Source: Candidatus Bathyarchaeia archaeon (lineage in GTDB: Archaea > Thermoproteota > Bathyarchaeia > Bathyarchaeales > Bathycorpusculaceae). From it: DNA of 64,000 bases. The stretch lies in the NCBI GenBank assembly GCA_049515895.1, contig JBEKTQ010000003.1, positions 98,594 through 162,593 of the forward strand. The letters are read 5' to 3'. Under the pieces are notes generated by a model. The model was not told the origin of the DNA. It saw nothing but the letters and a program-made list of their open reading frames with translations, and did no database searches. Shown here one piece after another: positions 42,214 through 52,644 of the stretch (the first letter of the stretch is position 1; the number at the start of each line of letters is the position of its first letter). Made by a program: the position numbers and the translations under genes.

Positions 42214-43497
42214 TCATAAAGAGGCTGCCTTGATTTTTTCAGCTAGTTCCTTGATGGGAACGATGCTTTGTTCTCTTTTCGCTAAATTCCTAAGCATCAC
42301 GGCGCCTTCTTTCAGTTCCCTTTCGCCGACAATGACGGCGTAGTCCACTTTGCGTCTGTCAGCGTCCTCCAGCGCCTTCGCCATCTTGCGACCCATAACC
42401 TCGAACTCCGCCGCAATCCCTGACTGTCTAAGCAACTGGGCAATTTTCAGAGCTTCAACCTTAATCGAGTCGTTGACGGCGAGCACAAGAATCCGTTTTT
42501 CACGTTCCGCTGCCGCCGCAAGATTTTGTGATTGAAGAGCAAGCGCGATGCGGTCAATTCCGTGTGCGCAACCGACTGCCGGTGTTGGTTCGCCGCCGAA
42601 TATTTCAATAAGCCTGTCGTATCTGCCGCCGCCGCCCAACGCAATATCCAACTCGGGAATATAAATTTCGAAAATCATCCCCGTGTAATATTCCAAGCCC
42701 CGTGCGAAAGCGGGATCAACAACCTGGATTGGGCAACCGCCTTCAACTACCAGTTTGAGGATGTCGCCGAGATTTTCCGCGGCAGACTTCGCCTTCTCGT
42801 AATTGGCAACGTAAGTCTTGATTTTCTGAACTGTTTCATAGCAGTCGTCCTTTTTCAGCTGCAGTAGTCCCTCAAGCATGTTGCGGCATTTTTCAGTAGG
42901 TGCCAGGTTGAAAGCTTCCTCATACTCTTTTTTGTCCATCCGCTGCAGAATAGCATTCTGGGTTTTTTCATCAACACCTTCTTGACTGAGAATTCCACGC
43001 ACAACACCTATATGCCCAATCTTGAATGCGTAACCGCGCAAACCCAAAGACTTCAGGAAACAGTCCGTTAGCAGGACGATTTCGGCGTCGGCTTCGGGTC
43101 GGCTGGAACCCATTAGCTCGAAGTTTGACTGCCAAAATTCCCTGTACCGTCCTCGCTGAGGTTCGTCGTAGCGGTAGACGCTGCCTGTGGAAAAAAGCCG
43201 AAGAGGCTTGGGCTCGTTCTTGAGGGCTGTCGTGGCTAACCGTGCGATTGAAGCAGTAAATTCTGGGCGTAGCGCCACTTGGCGCTCACCAAGATCCTTG
43301 AAGATGAACATGCGTTGCCGAATTTCCTCCCCTGACTTGGCGCTCAAAAGCTCAAAGGATTCAACAACGGGGGTGATGACCTCTCTGTAACCGTAAAGTA
43401 GGGCTGTCTTCCTGGCTTTGCTAATGATGCCTGTGAGTGCTTGGGCTTCTTCACCGAGCAAATCGCGCATTCCGCGAACAGTCTGAAAGGACGGCAT
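42214..43497 (-). CDS. hisS: Histidine--tRNA ligase
   Basis: RGMRD, LRPEFTA, RYDEPQRGRYREF, RGLEYYTG, GGGRYD. Confidence 0.97.
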   Translation of the reverse strand: MPSFQTVRGMRDLLGEEAQALTGIISKARKTALLYGYREVITPVVESFELLSAKSGEEIRQRMFIFKDLGERQVALRPEFTASIARLATTALKNEPKPLRLFSTGSVYRYDEPQRGRYREFWQSNFELMGSSRPEADAEIVLLTDCFLKSLGLRGYAFKIGHIGVVRGILSQEGVDEKTQNAILQRMDKKEYEEAFNLAPTEKCRNMLEGLLQLKKDDCYETVQKIKTYVANYEKAKSAAENLGDILKLVVEGGCPIQVVDPAFARGLEYYTGMIFEIYIPELDIALGGGGRYDRLIEIFGGEPTPAVGCAHGIDRIALALQSQNLAAAAEREKRILVLAVNDSIKVEALKIAQLLRQSGIAAEFEVMGRKMAKALEDADRRKVDYAVIVGERELKEGAVMLRNLAKREQSIVPIKELAEKIKAASL

Positions 43498-43633
43498 ATT
43501 ATTTTCCCTGCTGCTTAAAAGGATGCAATTGTTCTTTTAAACTCTAGCTTAAGGCTTGAATGCTTACAGTTCAACCAAAAGAAACAAAGCGAGTAATGTT
43601 CTGTGTCTATGAAACTCAAAAATTGCCTTCTGA

Positions 43634-44446
43634 TTATTTCAATCCCAAAGGTTTGTGTGCCTCTACTTCTATGCGCATCATTCCAACGTGAACCGTCCCG
43701 TCTGCATCGGCAGGGTGCCCCGTTAGGTAGCAATTTACGACCAGTTCCACGAATTTTGTTCTCAGTTCAACTGGAAGTTTGTCTGTGAAGGGCAACCATG
43801 TTGTGCGTACCCACCCCGCTAACCCTTCTGCGTCGTTGTGTTTCATGTCTTTAGGAAAGAGTTCAACTCGTTCAGCTACTAAACCAGCTTCTTGCAGAAA
43901 ATCTTTGTACTCGTCTACGTCGTAGAAACCGTAGGGAAACGCCATTTTACTGAAGAAGCCCTTCCACGGCTCCACATCTGCCAGCTCGTTTACGATAATT
44001 AATACGTCTTTGGCGTTGCCTTTGCCAGCCATCTGAAACAGCAGCCTGCCGCCAGGCTTAAGGCTTCTTTCAACACCACGGAGAACGGCTTCTTGGTCAA
44101 CGATCCAGTGCAGCGCGGCATTGGAGAAAACCACGTCAAATTCCAACTTGAAGGTCAGTTTCTTCGCATCCATCACTTGAAAAGTCAGGTTCGGGTGATC
44201 CTTCTGCGAGAAAGAGCTTTGCGCCAGGTTTATCATTTTTTCTGAGCTGTCAACGCCTACTGCCTTGCCGTCTGGTAGGCATCGTGCGAGTTCTGCCGTG
44301 ATTTTTCCGTCGCCGCAGCCAATGTCCAGTAGCGATTCGTTTCCCTGTAGTCTCAGTTTGGGAATGAGTTCTTTTGCCCATTGGAACTGGTTTTGGCTGT
44401 TTTTAGCGTAGTCTTGAGCGTTCCAGTTGTAACCTTGATTTGCCAT
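43634..44446 (-). CDS. Class I SAM methyltransferase (trans-aconitate MTase-like)
   Basis: WNAQDY, LDIGCGDG, FSNAALHW, LKPGG. Confidence 0.85.
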   Translation of the reverse strand: MANQGYNWNAQDYAKNSQNQFQWAKELIPKLRLQGNESLLDIGCGDGKITAELARCLPDGKAVGVDSSEKMINLAQSSFSQKDHPNLTFQVMDAKKLTFKLEFDVVFSNAALHWIVDQEAVLRGVERSLKPGGRLLFQMAGKGNAKDVLIIVNELADVEPWKGFFSKMAFPYGFYDVDEYKDFLQEAGLVAERVELFPKDMKHNDAEGLAGWVRTTWLPFTDKLPVELRTKFVELVVNCYLTGHPADADGTVHVGMMRIEVEAHKPLGLK

Positions 44447-44459
44447 GTTTCGCGCCAGC

Positions 44460-45011
44460 TTATTTGAAGGCCATTTGCGAGACGGAGTAGTAGACGATTT
44501 CGCCTCGGCGATTCATAACTGCCAGGACCATCTCTTTCTTTTGGCTTTGACACTGCCGCAACGCATCCGACATCTGATCGATGCCTAAAGGTTTCCCTTC
44601 TTGAATGCTCAACACCAAATAAGGCGCCGTATCTTTACCGTATCCGCCCCGCTCGTAAACTCGAAAGTCAATCCCGCCTCCGAAACCTTCTCGCGCCACG
44701 TAGCCTCGGCTCCTTAGGTCACGGTAAATTATGTAACTGACCCAGGCGTTCTCATTAACGGCTTCGTAGCAATGAAGGAGGCTTTGAAAATCCACTTTTT
44801 GGCCTTTTTCGTCCTTGACTTCTAGCATGCCCTTATCCTCGAGGTACAATGCCTCAAAGAAAGTAAGCGTGAAAACCTTGTCTTCCAAAGTACCGTAACC
44901 CCGCGAAGCAAGCGCGTCGATACTGCTCTGTTCAGCCACCACAACGCCTTTTTTTGCCAGGGAGCCATTGGTTCGGAATTCGGGAGGCGGAGTCTTTTTG
45001 TGCTCAGTCAT
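44460..45011 (-). CDS. endA: tRNA-intron endonuclease subunit (probably structural, no catalytic His)
   Basis: FEALYL, YRDLRSRGY, DFRVYERG; KDTAPYLV where catalytic subunits have EHAPYLV. Confidence 0.8.
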   Translation of the reverse strand: MTEHKKTPPPEFRTNGSLAKKGVVVAEQSSIDALASRGYGTLEDKVFTLTFFEALYLEDKGMLEVKDEKGQKVDFQSLLHCYEAVNENAWVSYIIYRDLRSRGYVAREGFGGGIDFRVYERGGYGKDTAPYLVLSIQEGKPLGIDQMSDALRQCQSQKKEMVLAVMNRRGEIVYYSVSQMAFK

Positions 45012-45187
45012 GAGTCAAATCAACCGTAATAGGCTTCTTTTGGGTTTGTTAACTCTTTAACATTATGCTTTACCAAAATCGATTTTTGCGGCTATTCTAA
45101 GATAATGATAAATGAGTTTGCGCTGTAAATGAATGTAAAGGTGTTAAGTTGGTATCTGAAAAATCAATGCATTTTCACGCCTGCCGG

Positions 45188-46438
45188 ATGACGACCTCTA
45201 ATTCCGTGAAGCAGCACAAACTAAAGAAACTCATTGCGCGCCTCTCAGAGAAAGAAGGGCGGGGAAGGGAATTCATCTCTCTTTACATCCCCCCAGAGAC
45301 ACCCATTGATCAGATAGTTGCAACCCTCAAAGCAGAGTTCGATTCCGCCACAAAATCTGAAAGCGTTAGGGACACCAGGGATCGTCTTCAAGACACCCTC
45401 AAAAATGTAATCCAACGGGTAAGGCTGCAGAAAGAAATCCCAGAGAACGGTCTCGCACTATTTGCAGGAACATTCATCGCCGATAATAAGGAGGGCGAAG
45501 TTTTGAACGTTGAAGAGCTCATCCCGCCAGAGTCAATTGGCACCTTTCTTTACGAGGTTGACAATCATTTTCGGTTGGAGCCCCTTAGAGAAATGTTGAG
45601 AAACCAAAGAGTTGTAGGACTTGTCGCCATGGATTCCAAGGAGGCCAGCTTCGGGATACTTAACGGTGAACGATTCGAATTAATCGAAAATATCACGTCA
45701 GGAATCCCAGGAAAGTCAGGAAAAGGCGGGTCAAGCCAAAGACGCTACGAGCGAGAACGTGACATGGAAGTCACAAACTTTTTCCATCGGGTTGCGGAGC
45801 ATGCAGCAAAAGATTTTCTTGAGAACCATAAGGTTACGGTGTTGATAGTTGGAGGGCCTGGTCCAACAAAAGAGGATTTCTTAAAGGGGGATTACCTTCA
45901 TTACGAGCTAAAGAATGCGCTTCTCGATGTAGTTGATATCCAATCAGCCGACAAAGATGGTGTGAGAGAGGTGCTTGACAAGTCATCTGAGACACTCAAG
46001 AATATGTGTACGCCAGAAGAGAAGATGGCTGTGCATAGCGTTCTGGCTGAGTTGGGCAAGCAAAGCGGTTTGGCTACTTATGGATTAGATTCAGTTTTAA
46101 ATGCGCTTAATAGTGGTAAGGCGGAAGTTGCATTGGTAACAGATTGCACGGATGTGACTGAAATTGTCGCAACATGCAAAAAATGCGAACATTCTAAGGT
46201 AAAGATCATACACAAATCGGAGAAAGCGCAAACTGTAATGGAAATCACATCGAGCCCATGTGAAAAATGCAGCGCGGTTGAATACGAGGTGGAGGAGAAA
46301 GACATAGTAGATGTATTAGAGGATTTGGCGTCACAGACAAACGCAAGGGTTGAAGTGATATCTACAGAGTCGGAAGAAAAATCAAAGCTGACAGCTTTGG
46401 GAGGCTTTGCCGCTCTCCTGAGATACCGATCGAGATGA
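45188..46438 (+). CDS. aRF1/eRF1 paralog with degenerate catalytic and decoding motifs
   Basis: GRGREFISLYIP, PENGLALFAG, GGPGPTK, LGGFAALLRY, Zn mini-domain; GGS in place of GGQ and no NIKS. Confidence 0.85.
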   Translation: MTTSNSVKQHKLKKLIARLSEKEGRGREFISLYIPPETPIDQIVATLKAEFDSATKSESVRDTRDRLQDTLKNVIQRVRLQKEIPENGLALFAGTFIADNKEGEVLNVEELIPPESIGTFLYEVDNHFRLEPLREMLRNQRVVGLVAMDSKEASFGILNGERFELIENITSGIPGKSGKGGSSQRRYERERDMEVTNFFHRVAEHAAKDFLENHKVTVLIVGGPGPTKEDFLKGDYLHYELKNALLDVVDIQSADKDGVREVLDKSSETLKNMCTPEEKMAVHSVLAELGKQSGLATYGLDSVLNALNSGKAEVALVTDCTDVTEIVATCKKCEHSKVKIIHKSEKAQTVMEITSSPCEKCSAVEYEVEEKDIVDVLEDLASQTNARVEVISTESEEKSKLTALGGFAALLRYRSR

Positions 46439-46507
46439 AATGGAGTAAAAGCAGAGAAACTTTTCCAGTATTTTATTCGGGGGGCAATTTAGCTCTGAAC
46501 GGGTCAC

Positions 46508-47536
46508 TTATTTAATTGATGCCATTTTTCTGAATGAACTGAAGTCTTTGCTATAGTACACTTGGGTCTCGCATATTATCGCTGAAACATATTTCAATGG
46601 TGTAATATCAAAGGCTGGGTTCATCACCTTGACGGCGTCTGGTGCAATTTGCACGGATCCAATGTGGGTAACCTCTTCTGGTTTGCGCTCCTCAATAACC
46701 ACATCTGAAGCTTTATGAGCGAGGTCGAAAGTGGATTTTGGCGCTGCCACGTAAAATGGTATGCCATGTTCATGCGCCAGCACCGCGACTGAGTAGGTTC
46801 CGATTTTGTTGACAACGGCGTCTTGCACGATGCGGTCAGAACCCACGATAACCTTGTCTACGAGGCCTTTGCTCATAACGTAGCCAGCCATGTTATCCGT
46901 TATCAAAGTCACAGGTATCCCATCTCGCATAAGCTCGTACGCCGTTAGCCGTGCACCCTGAAGCAGCGGTCGGGTTTCGTCGGCGATTACTTGGATTTTT
47001 TTGCCTTCTTCCCAAGCTGCACGGATCACGCCAAGCGCGGTGCCATACTCAACGGTCGCCAACTCTCCGGCGTTGCAATGAGTCAAAATGGTATCCCCGT
47101 CTTCGATGAGCACGGAGCCATTTTTGCCTATTGCGCGGTTCTGCGCCGCGTCTTCATCAGCGATTTTCTCTGCCTCAAGAATAACAGCCTCCCTGATTGC
47201 CTCCGCGTTACCTTGAACGCTGCGAGCTTTGCCTAACACGCGATCTACGCCCCAAAAAAGGTTCACAGCAGTGGGCCGTTGCCGCTTAATGATTGCGCCC
47301 GCATCCTCAAGCTCTGACAGGAGTTGTTCCTTGTTTTGCGTTCTTGAGTGGTAAGCTGCCAATGCGACGCCGAAGCCTGCCGCCGCACCAAGCAATGGGG
47401 CGCCTCTGACCCGGAGGCTTTTTATCGCTTCAGCCATTTGCTCAACAGTTTTGATTTTTAGCGTTACTTCTTGAAGGGGCAGCTTTGTTTGATCGGGAGT
47501 GATTACAACCCCGTTTTGCCACTTTATCATCCTCAT
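46508..47536 (-). CDS. mtnA: S-methyl-5-thioribose-1-phosphate isomerase
   Basis: VRGAP, RPTAVNL, LTHCNAG, DETRPLLQGARLTA, NKIGTY, NPAFDITP. Confidence 0.92.
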   Translation of the reverse strand: MRMIKWQNGVVITPDQTKLPLQEVTLKIKTVEQMAEAIKSLRVRGAPLLGAAAGFGVALAAYHSRTQNKEQLLSELEDAGAIIKRQRPTAVNLFWGVDRVLGKARSVQGNAEAIREAVILEAEKIADEDAAQNRAIGKNGSVLIEDGDTILTHCNAGELATVEYGTALGVIRAAWEEGKKIQVIADETRPLLQGARLTAYELMRDGIPVTLITDNMAGYVMSKGLVDKVIVGSDRIVQDAVVNKIGTYSVAVLAHEHGIPFYVAAPKSTFDLAHKASDVVIEERKPEEVTHIGSVQIAPDAVKVMNPAFDITPLKYVSAIICETQVYYSKDFSSFRKMASIK

Positions 47537-47605
47537 TTTTTCGGTGCCTCGAAATGAATGTGTCACTGCTAAGTTAGGATCGGCTCTGTTAAAGATTTTC
47601 GATGT

Positions 47606-48019
47606 TTATTGAGTGAACCGTTGAACTAAATCGTAGAGGTTGCCGTAGAGATCCTCGAAAACGACTTCGACGCCCCAAGCCTGCTCGGTAGGTTCGCCAT
47701 AGAATTTTATGCCTTTCGATTTCATGACTTCGTAATCTCCAACGCAATCGTTAGTTTCCAAAGTCATAAACACATGGTCTCCCGCCTGCTTGCCCAATGC
47801 CTTCTGCTTCTCCTCAGTGTCCGCTAACACGAACGTTAACTCAAGGTCAGGTTGGTCTCTGGGCGAAACAGTAACCCAGCGCATGTCACCCCAGAACTTG
47901 GTGTCTTGCCGCTTTGAAAAACCCAGCTTTTCCACGTAAAATTTGGCGGCTTCATCAAAATCCTTGACTAACAAAGTAACGTGACCTATCTTGATCCATA
48001 TCCCTCCTGAAATCTTCAA
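47606..48019 (-). CDS. VOC / glyoxalase family protein (start uncertain)
   Basis: HVTLLVKD.DEA..FY..KLGF, RWVTVSP, FEDLYGN. Confidence 0.85.
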   Translation of the reverse strand: MKISGGIWIKIGHVTLLVKDFDEAAKFYVEKLGFSKRQDTKFWGDMRWVTVSPRDQPDLELTFVLADTEEKQKALGKQAGDHVFMTLETNDCVGDYEVMKSKGIKFYGEPTEQAWGVEVVFEDLYGNLYDLVQRFTQ

Positions 48020-48065
48020 GGTAAAAAGAATGGGGTGCCCAAGCTAAAAAGCTTAAGCTTAAAGT

Positions 48066-48818
48066 TTATGCTGAACTGTCAAGTGGAGATTTTAGGTGGG
48101 TAACGACTTCGACAGGTGATTCCTCGCCAGACTTTAGACGTTTCTTCCATTCTTCCCCGACTGCTATAAGCGAGAATATGCCTGAAACTTCAGCCTTCGA
48201 TTTCTTCACAAGGGTCATGAGCGCCTCTTGGGTTTCGCCGCTTTTAATCATGTCGTCAACGATCAGCACGCTGTCCCGCTTCTTTATCGCTTCTTTGGGA
48301 ATATACAGGGTTACGGTTACGCCTGAGTCTTTGCCAAGGATGTAGGTTTCGTCAATGAAGGCTTTAACGCCGACTTCCTTGTTCCGCTTTGCAACGATAA
48401 GGTTTACGCCAAGCGCGTTGGCAACCATGGTGGCTAGCGGGATGCCGTCCACGGCGGCGGTTAAAACTTTGGTCACACGTTTTCCCGCGAAATTTGCAAG
48501 AGCGTGGTTTGCAGCTTGCTGCAATATGTTATAGTCACCGACGATTTCTGTGTTATCAAAGTAGCCTGCATCGTCGAATTTTATCCTGCTGCGTAACTCA
48601 GCCTCAAGTCCAACCATCTTATTGAGGACACGCCAAAGCTGTTTGGCTCTTGCGGTGTTAGGCAGAACATGTCCTTTTGCGTAGCGACTCAAAACGGTGA
48701 CGGGTAAATCTGTTTTTGAGGCTAATTCGCGGTAGGTGATGTTTCGCTTATATTTTGCTGTTCGAAGCAGTTCAATAGTCATTAACCGTAGTTTCAAATC
48801 TTCTGCGTGAGTACTCAA
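48066..48818 (-). CDS. HTH plus phosphoribosyltransferase (PurR-like) protein
   Basis: TYRELA..TDLP.TVLSRY HTH; VLTAAVDGIP; VLIVDDMIKSGET PRPP loop. Confidence 0.85.
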   Translation of the reverse strand: MSTHAEDLKLRLMTIELLRTAKYKRNITYRELASKTDLPVTVLSRYAKGHVLPNTARAKQLWRVLNKMVGLEAELRSRIKFDDAGYFDNTEIVGDYNILQQAANHALANFAGKRVTKVLTAAVDGIPLATMVANALGVNLIVAKRNKEVGVKAFIDETYILGKDSGVTVTLYIPKEAIKKRDSVLIVDDMIKSGETQEALMTLVKKSKAEVSGIFSLIAVGEEWKKRLKSGEESPVEVVTHLKSPLDSSA

Positions 48819-49008
48819 CTATACCTCATCCCCTTTTTGTACATATAGAAGTTAATTAAACGACGTTTAGGTATTATCGCAGCTATTCAATTTATGGCTT
48901 TCTGTCTAAAAGAGGTATCACTTGAATCCACATGCCAAAAAAGTGCAGAAAGACTTCAGACTGCATATTTAGCGTCGTTTACATTAAACTTTTTAGACAG
49001 CGCTACAA

Positions 49009-49584
49009 GTGCTATACCAAAGGGGAAGATTCACGCAGAGACTTAACCGACTATTCATAACCGCTCTTTTCGGGTCAGTAATCTTCATCGTGAACGCTTT
49101 CCTGCCGCCTCCAATAAACTACGTGCTAATCGTCGTTCAAGCGGTCGTCCTCGCCCTTAGCGGCTTATTCGTCAAAAAACTGGGAGCAACCTACGTTGGC
49201 GCGGTCGGTGGACTCTTAACGGCGCTGGGAAGCCCCGCCCTGGGTCCTTTCACTTTTCTGTTCTCGTTCCTTTTCGGAGCCTTAACTGACGGCTCCCTCC
49301 GCCTCTTCAGAATCAACGCAACGTCTGAAGGCGTAAACCGCAACAGGCTCGTAATTGCGATGGCGGTTGCAACCATGCTGATTGGGTTGATCAGTTATTC
49401 GGCATTCGCTCTTTTCCCGCAGTTTGTTCCTTTGGCAAGGGAGTTTTCAAGCGTCGGTTTATTCATCCAGAGGAGCACAATGCTAGACATGCTTGTCCTG
49501 TTCATGGGTCCAGCCACAGGGATAGTTGCAGGCTACGCCGCCGCTTACCTATGGAACAAATACCTGCGCCACATCCGCGTCTAA
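49009..49584 (+). CDS. Polytopic membrane protein (possible ECF S-component-like)
   Basis: 5-6 TMs, ALFGSVIF, GATYVG. Confidence 0.55.
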   Translation: MLYQRGRFTQRLNRLFITALFGSVIFIVNAFLPPPINYVLIVVQAVVLALSGLFVKKLGATYVGAVGGLLTALGSPALGPFTFLFSFLFGALTDGSLRLFRINATSEGVNRNRLVIAMAVATMLIGLISYSAFALFPQFVPLAREFSSVGLFIQRSTMLDMLVLFMGPATGIVAGYAAAYLWNKYLRHIRV

Positions 49585-49850
49585 ACGCACAGTTGCTTTA
49601 TTTTTTCGTCAATCAGCTTGGCAATCATCAAATTGGAAACAAACACGCATTTGACACCGAGCAACTGGGCCAGTTCAGCGGGTTTCTGGTCCTGAGTTAC
49701 TAAAACCAATTTGTATTTGCCCGCGTACTCCACGATTTCTCTGTCTTTGGCGCTTTTCAGCCCTGCCTCTTGGGCAGTCAGCACTTCATAGCCTAATGTT
49801 TCAAAATACTCCTTGAAGCCAGCGTACATCTCATCCAGCAACAGTTTCAT
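49581..49850 (-). CDS. DUF5615 / Mut7-C PIN-like protein
   Basis: MKLLLDEM...LGYEV...DREIV..A...LVTQD. Confidence 0.8.
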   Translation of the reverse strand: MKLLLDEMYAGFKEYFETLGYEVLTAQEAGLKSAKDREIVEYAGKYKLVLVTQDQKPAELAQLLGVKCVFVSNLMIAKLIDEKIKQLCV

Positions 49851-49993
49851 GTGTCTTCGCACTTGCTGTTTCCACACGAAATTATTTAGCCTTTACTAAC
49901 CCGTCTGCCCCAAGGATCGACAAAAACACGCAATAATTTTAAGCAACATGCCTCTAGCAGTTCAGTTAGCATTACGTTTGAGGATGAAGCTAG

Positions 49994-51358
49994 TTGGCCA
50001 AATTATTTGGAAGTTCAGGTGTAAGGGGGCTGGCGAACGTTGATTTAACGCCCCAGTTAGCATGCAAAATCGGCTTGGCAGTAGCCGAATACTCAAAAGC
50101 TAAAAAAGCCGTCGTAGCCCGCGATACACGGGTTTCCGGCGGCATGCTTCAGGACGCGCTTGTTTCAGGTTTACTGTCAACCGGCACAGACGTCTATTTA
50201 GCCGGCATCATTCCTACACCCGCATTAGCCTACGTCACTCTAATGCTGGCAGCAGACGCGGGATTCATGCTTACAGCCTCACATAACCCTCCAGAATACA
50301 ATGGGATAAAAGTGTTCAAACCAGACAGCTTATCGTACACAGACGATGACCAAGACGCCGTCGAAAAAAAGATAGCTGACGACACCTACGCGTTGGCAGA
50401 TTGGCGCAGCCTCGGCAAAACCTTCCCGTTTGACGCAGAACAAATCTACACTGAAATGGCGTTGAAAGCCGTCACGCTCAAACGGCAATGGCGAGTCATA
50501 GTCGATCCGGGATGCGGCGCAACCTTCAATGTTGCCCCCTCGTTGCTCAAACGTATTGGATGCAAAGTCACTGCCCTAAACGCTCAACCAGACGGGCATT
50601 TCCCAGCCAGAAAATCCGAGCCGACCGCTGAATCGCTCAAGGACTTGGCAGACATCGTCAAAGCGCTTGGTGCTGACATCGGAGTGGCTTTTGACGGTGA
50701 CGGCGATAGAGTGGCCTTCGTCGATGAGAAGGGTGCTTTCGTGAATTTTGACCGTTCTTTGGCTGCGTACGCCGCTTATGCACTCAACCAAGTGGGCGGT
50801 GGTACAGTGGTGACTAATGTTGAAGCGTCGATGTGTGTTGAAACGATGGTGCAGGCTCAAGGCGGCAAGGTCATCCGCACCAGAGTTGGAGACATATACC
50901 TTTCCGAAGCCATCAAGCAGACAGGCGCTGTTTTCGGTGGCGAACCTTGTGGCGCATGGATTCATCCCAAATTTCACTTTTGCCCTGATGGACCTCTTTC
51001 GGCAGCACTTATGCTTAAGGCCTTGGAAGATTCAAAGGAATCCCTGAGCCAACTGGTAAGCTCCGTGCCCGAGTACATTACGCGGCGGGAGAACTTTGCA
51101 TGCAAGAACGCGCAGAAGTACAAGGTGATAACAAAACTGGAATCGCCCCTGAAAGAAGCATTTCCAGACTACACAGATTTCTCGACCATTGACGGCGTCA
51201 GGTTGGCGCTTAAACATGGCTGGCTACTGGTTCGGGCGTCTGGAACGGAGCCGTTAGTCCGCTTAACAGTTGAAGGAGAATCCTTAGCCGTGGCAAACGA
51301 TATAACCCAAAAGGCTACTGCATTAATACACAAGCAAGTTGAGGCTGAAAAGACATGA
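49994..51358 (+). CDS. glmM: Phosphoglucosamine mutase
   Basis: LFGSSGVRG, TASHNP, DGDGDR, RASGTEP; coupled to the glmU-like gene. Confidence 0.9.
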   Translation: MAKLFGSSGVRGLANVDLTPQLACKIGLAVAEYSKAKKAVVARDTRVSGGMLQDALVSGLLSTGTDVYLAGIIPTPALAYVTLMLAADAGFMLTASHNPPEYNGIKVFKPDSLSYTDDDQDAVEKKIADDTYALADWRSLGKTFPFDAEQIYTEMALKAVTLKRQWRVIVDPGCGATFNVAPSLLKRIGCKVTALNAQPDGHFPARKSEPTAESLKDLADIVKALGADIGVAFDGDGDRVAFVDEKGAFVNFDRSLAAYAAYALNQVGGGTVVTNVEASMCVETMVQAQGGKVIRTRVGDIYLSEAIKQTGAVFGGEPCGAWIHPKFHFCPDGPLSAALMLKALEDSKESLSQLVSSVPEYITRRENFACKNAQKYKVITKLESPLKEAFPDYTDFSTIDGVRLALKHGWLLVRASGTEPLVRLTVEGESLAVANDITQKATALIHKQVEAEKT

Positions 51359-52644
51359 AAGCTGTATTGCTAGCGGCTGGCGAAGGCGTAAGACTCCAAC
51401 CCATAACCGAGACGCGCCCCAAGCATCTCATTAAGGTAGGCGGCAAACCAATTCTGCAGTTCTGCCTAGAGGCGGTAAAAAGCGCTGGAATAGACGAGGC
51501 AATCATAGTTACTCATTACATGGGAGAAGCAATCCGCCAATACTTCGGGAACGGTGAAAAACTCGGCTTAGAAATCGGCTATTTTGAGCAAAAAGAAGTT
51601 CTCGGCACGGGAAACGCGGCCGCCGTAGTTGAACCCTACGTGAACGAAGATTTTGTTCTTGTTTACGGCGACTTGCTATTCGGATTAGACGCCGTTAAGA
51701 CTACATTGAAACTGTTTCAGCATGGCAAGACGGCAGCTGTCGTCGGGGTGGTCCCGGTTGATAACCCGGAAAACTACGGGATAATTGAATTTGACCAGAA
51801 AAAAAGGATTGAGCGAATAGTTGAGAAGCCTGCTGCTGGAAAAGCACCGTCGAATCTTGCAAACGCAGGAGTTTACGTGTTTTCTCACGAGGTTTTTGAT
51901 AAGATACGCCAAACCAAGGCTTCCTCTCGGGGCGAATGGGAACTAACTGACGCCGTGACGCTTCTTGCAAGCGAGGGCAAAACCGTTCTGGCCGCAGAGC
52001 TTTCCAAAGATGACTGGGTTGATGTGGGCAGACCGTGGGACTTGCTTGACGCTAACAACTGGGCGCTCAAACGCATGGACCACAAAGTGTTAGGCACAAT
52101 CGAACAGGGAGCCCAACTCATCGGACAAGTGACAGTGGCAAAGTCAGCCCGCATACGCTCAGGCGCCTACATTGAAGGACCATGCTTCATCGATGAAGAA
52201 TGCGACGTCGGACCAAACTGCTACATACGCCCAGGCACAAGCCTCGGCAAAAAAGTCCGAGTTGGAAACGCCTGCGAAATCAAAAACAGTATCATTATGG
52301 CCAACACACACATCGGTCACCTCTCATACATCGGAGACAGCATCCTCGGAGAAAACTGCAACCTTGGCGCAGGCACAATAACCGCAAATTACCGCCTTGA
52401 CGCAGGCTCAATAAAAATGATGGTGAAAGACCAGCTGGTCAACTCGGGCAGAAGAAAACTCGGAGCGGTTTTCGGCGACAACGTGAAAACAGGGATTAAA
52501 TCGCTTTTTATGCCCGGCGTAAAGGTCGGTGCGAACAGCTGGGTAGGACCAAACTTCATGGTGGAACGAGACCTGCCTGGCGATACAATGGCGTTCCAAA
52601 AGCAAAACTGCAACATACAAGAAAAGAAAACCAAACCATCGTGA
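51355..52644 (+). CDS. glmU: Bifunctional sugar-1-phosphate nucleotidylyltransferase/acetyltransferase (archaeal GlmU)
   Basis: LAAGEG.RL.P.T..RPK, hexapeptide repeats, HLSYIGDS, GRRKLG. Confidence 0.9.
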   Translation: MKAVLLAAGEGVRLQPITETRPKHLIKVGGKPILQFCLEAVKSAGIDEAIIVTHYMGEAIRQYFGNGEKLGLEIGYFEQKEVLGTGNAAAVVEPYVNEDFVLVYGDLLFGLDAVKTTLKLFQHGKTAAVVGVVPVDNPENYGIIEFDQKKRIERIVEKPAAGKAPSNLANAGVYVFSHEVFDKIRQTKASSRGEWELTDAVTLLASEGKTVLAAELSKDDWVDVGRPWDLLDANNWALKRMDHKVLGTIEQGAQLIGQVTVAKSARIRSGAYIEGPCFIDEECDVGPNCYIRPGTSLGKKVRVGNACEIKNSIIMANTHIGHLSYIGDSILGENCNLGAGTITANYRLDAGSIKMMVKDQLVNSGRRKLGAVFGDNVKTGIKSLFMPGVKVGANSWVGPNFMVERDLPGDTMAFQKQNCNIQEKKTKPS

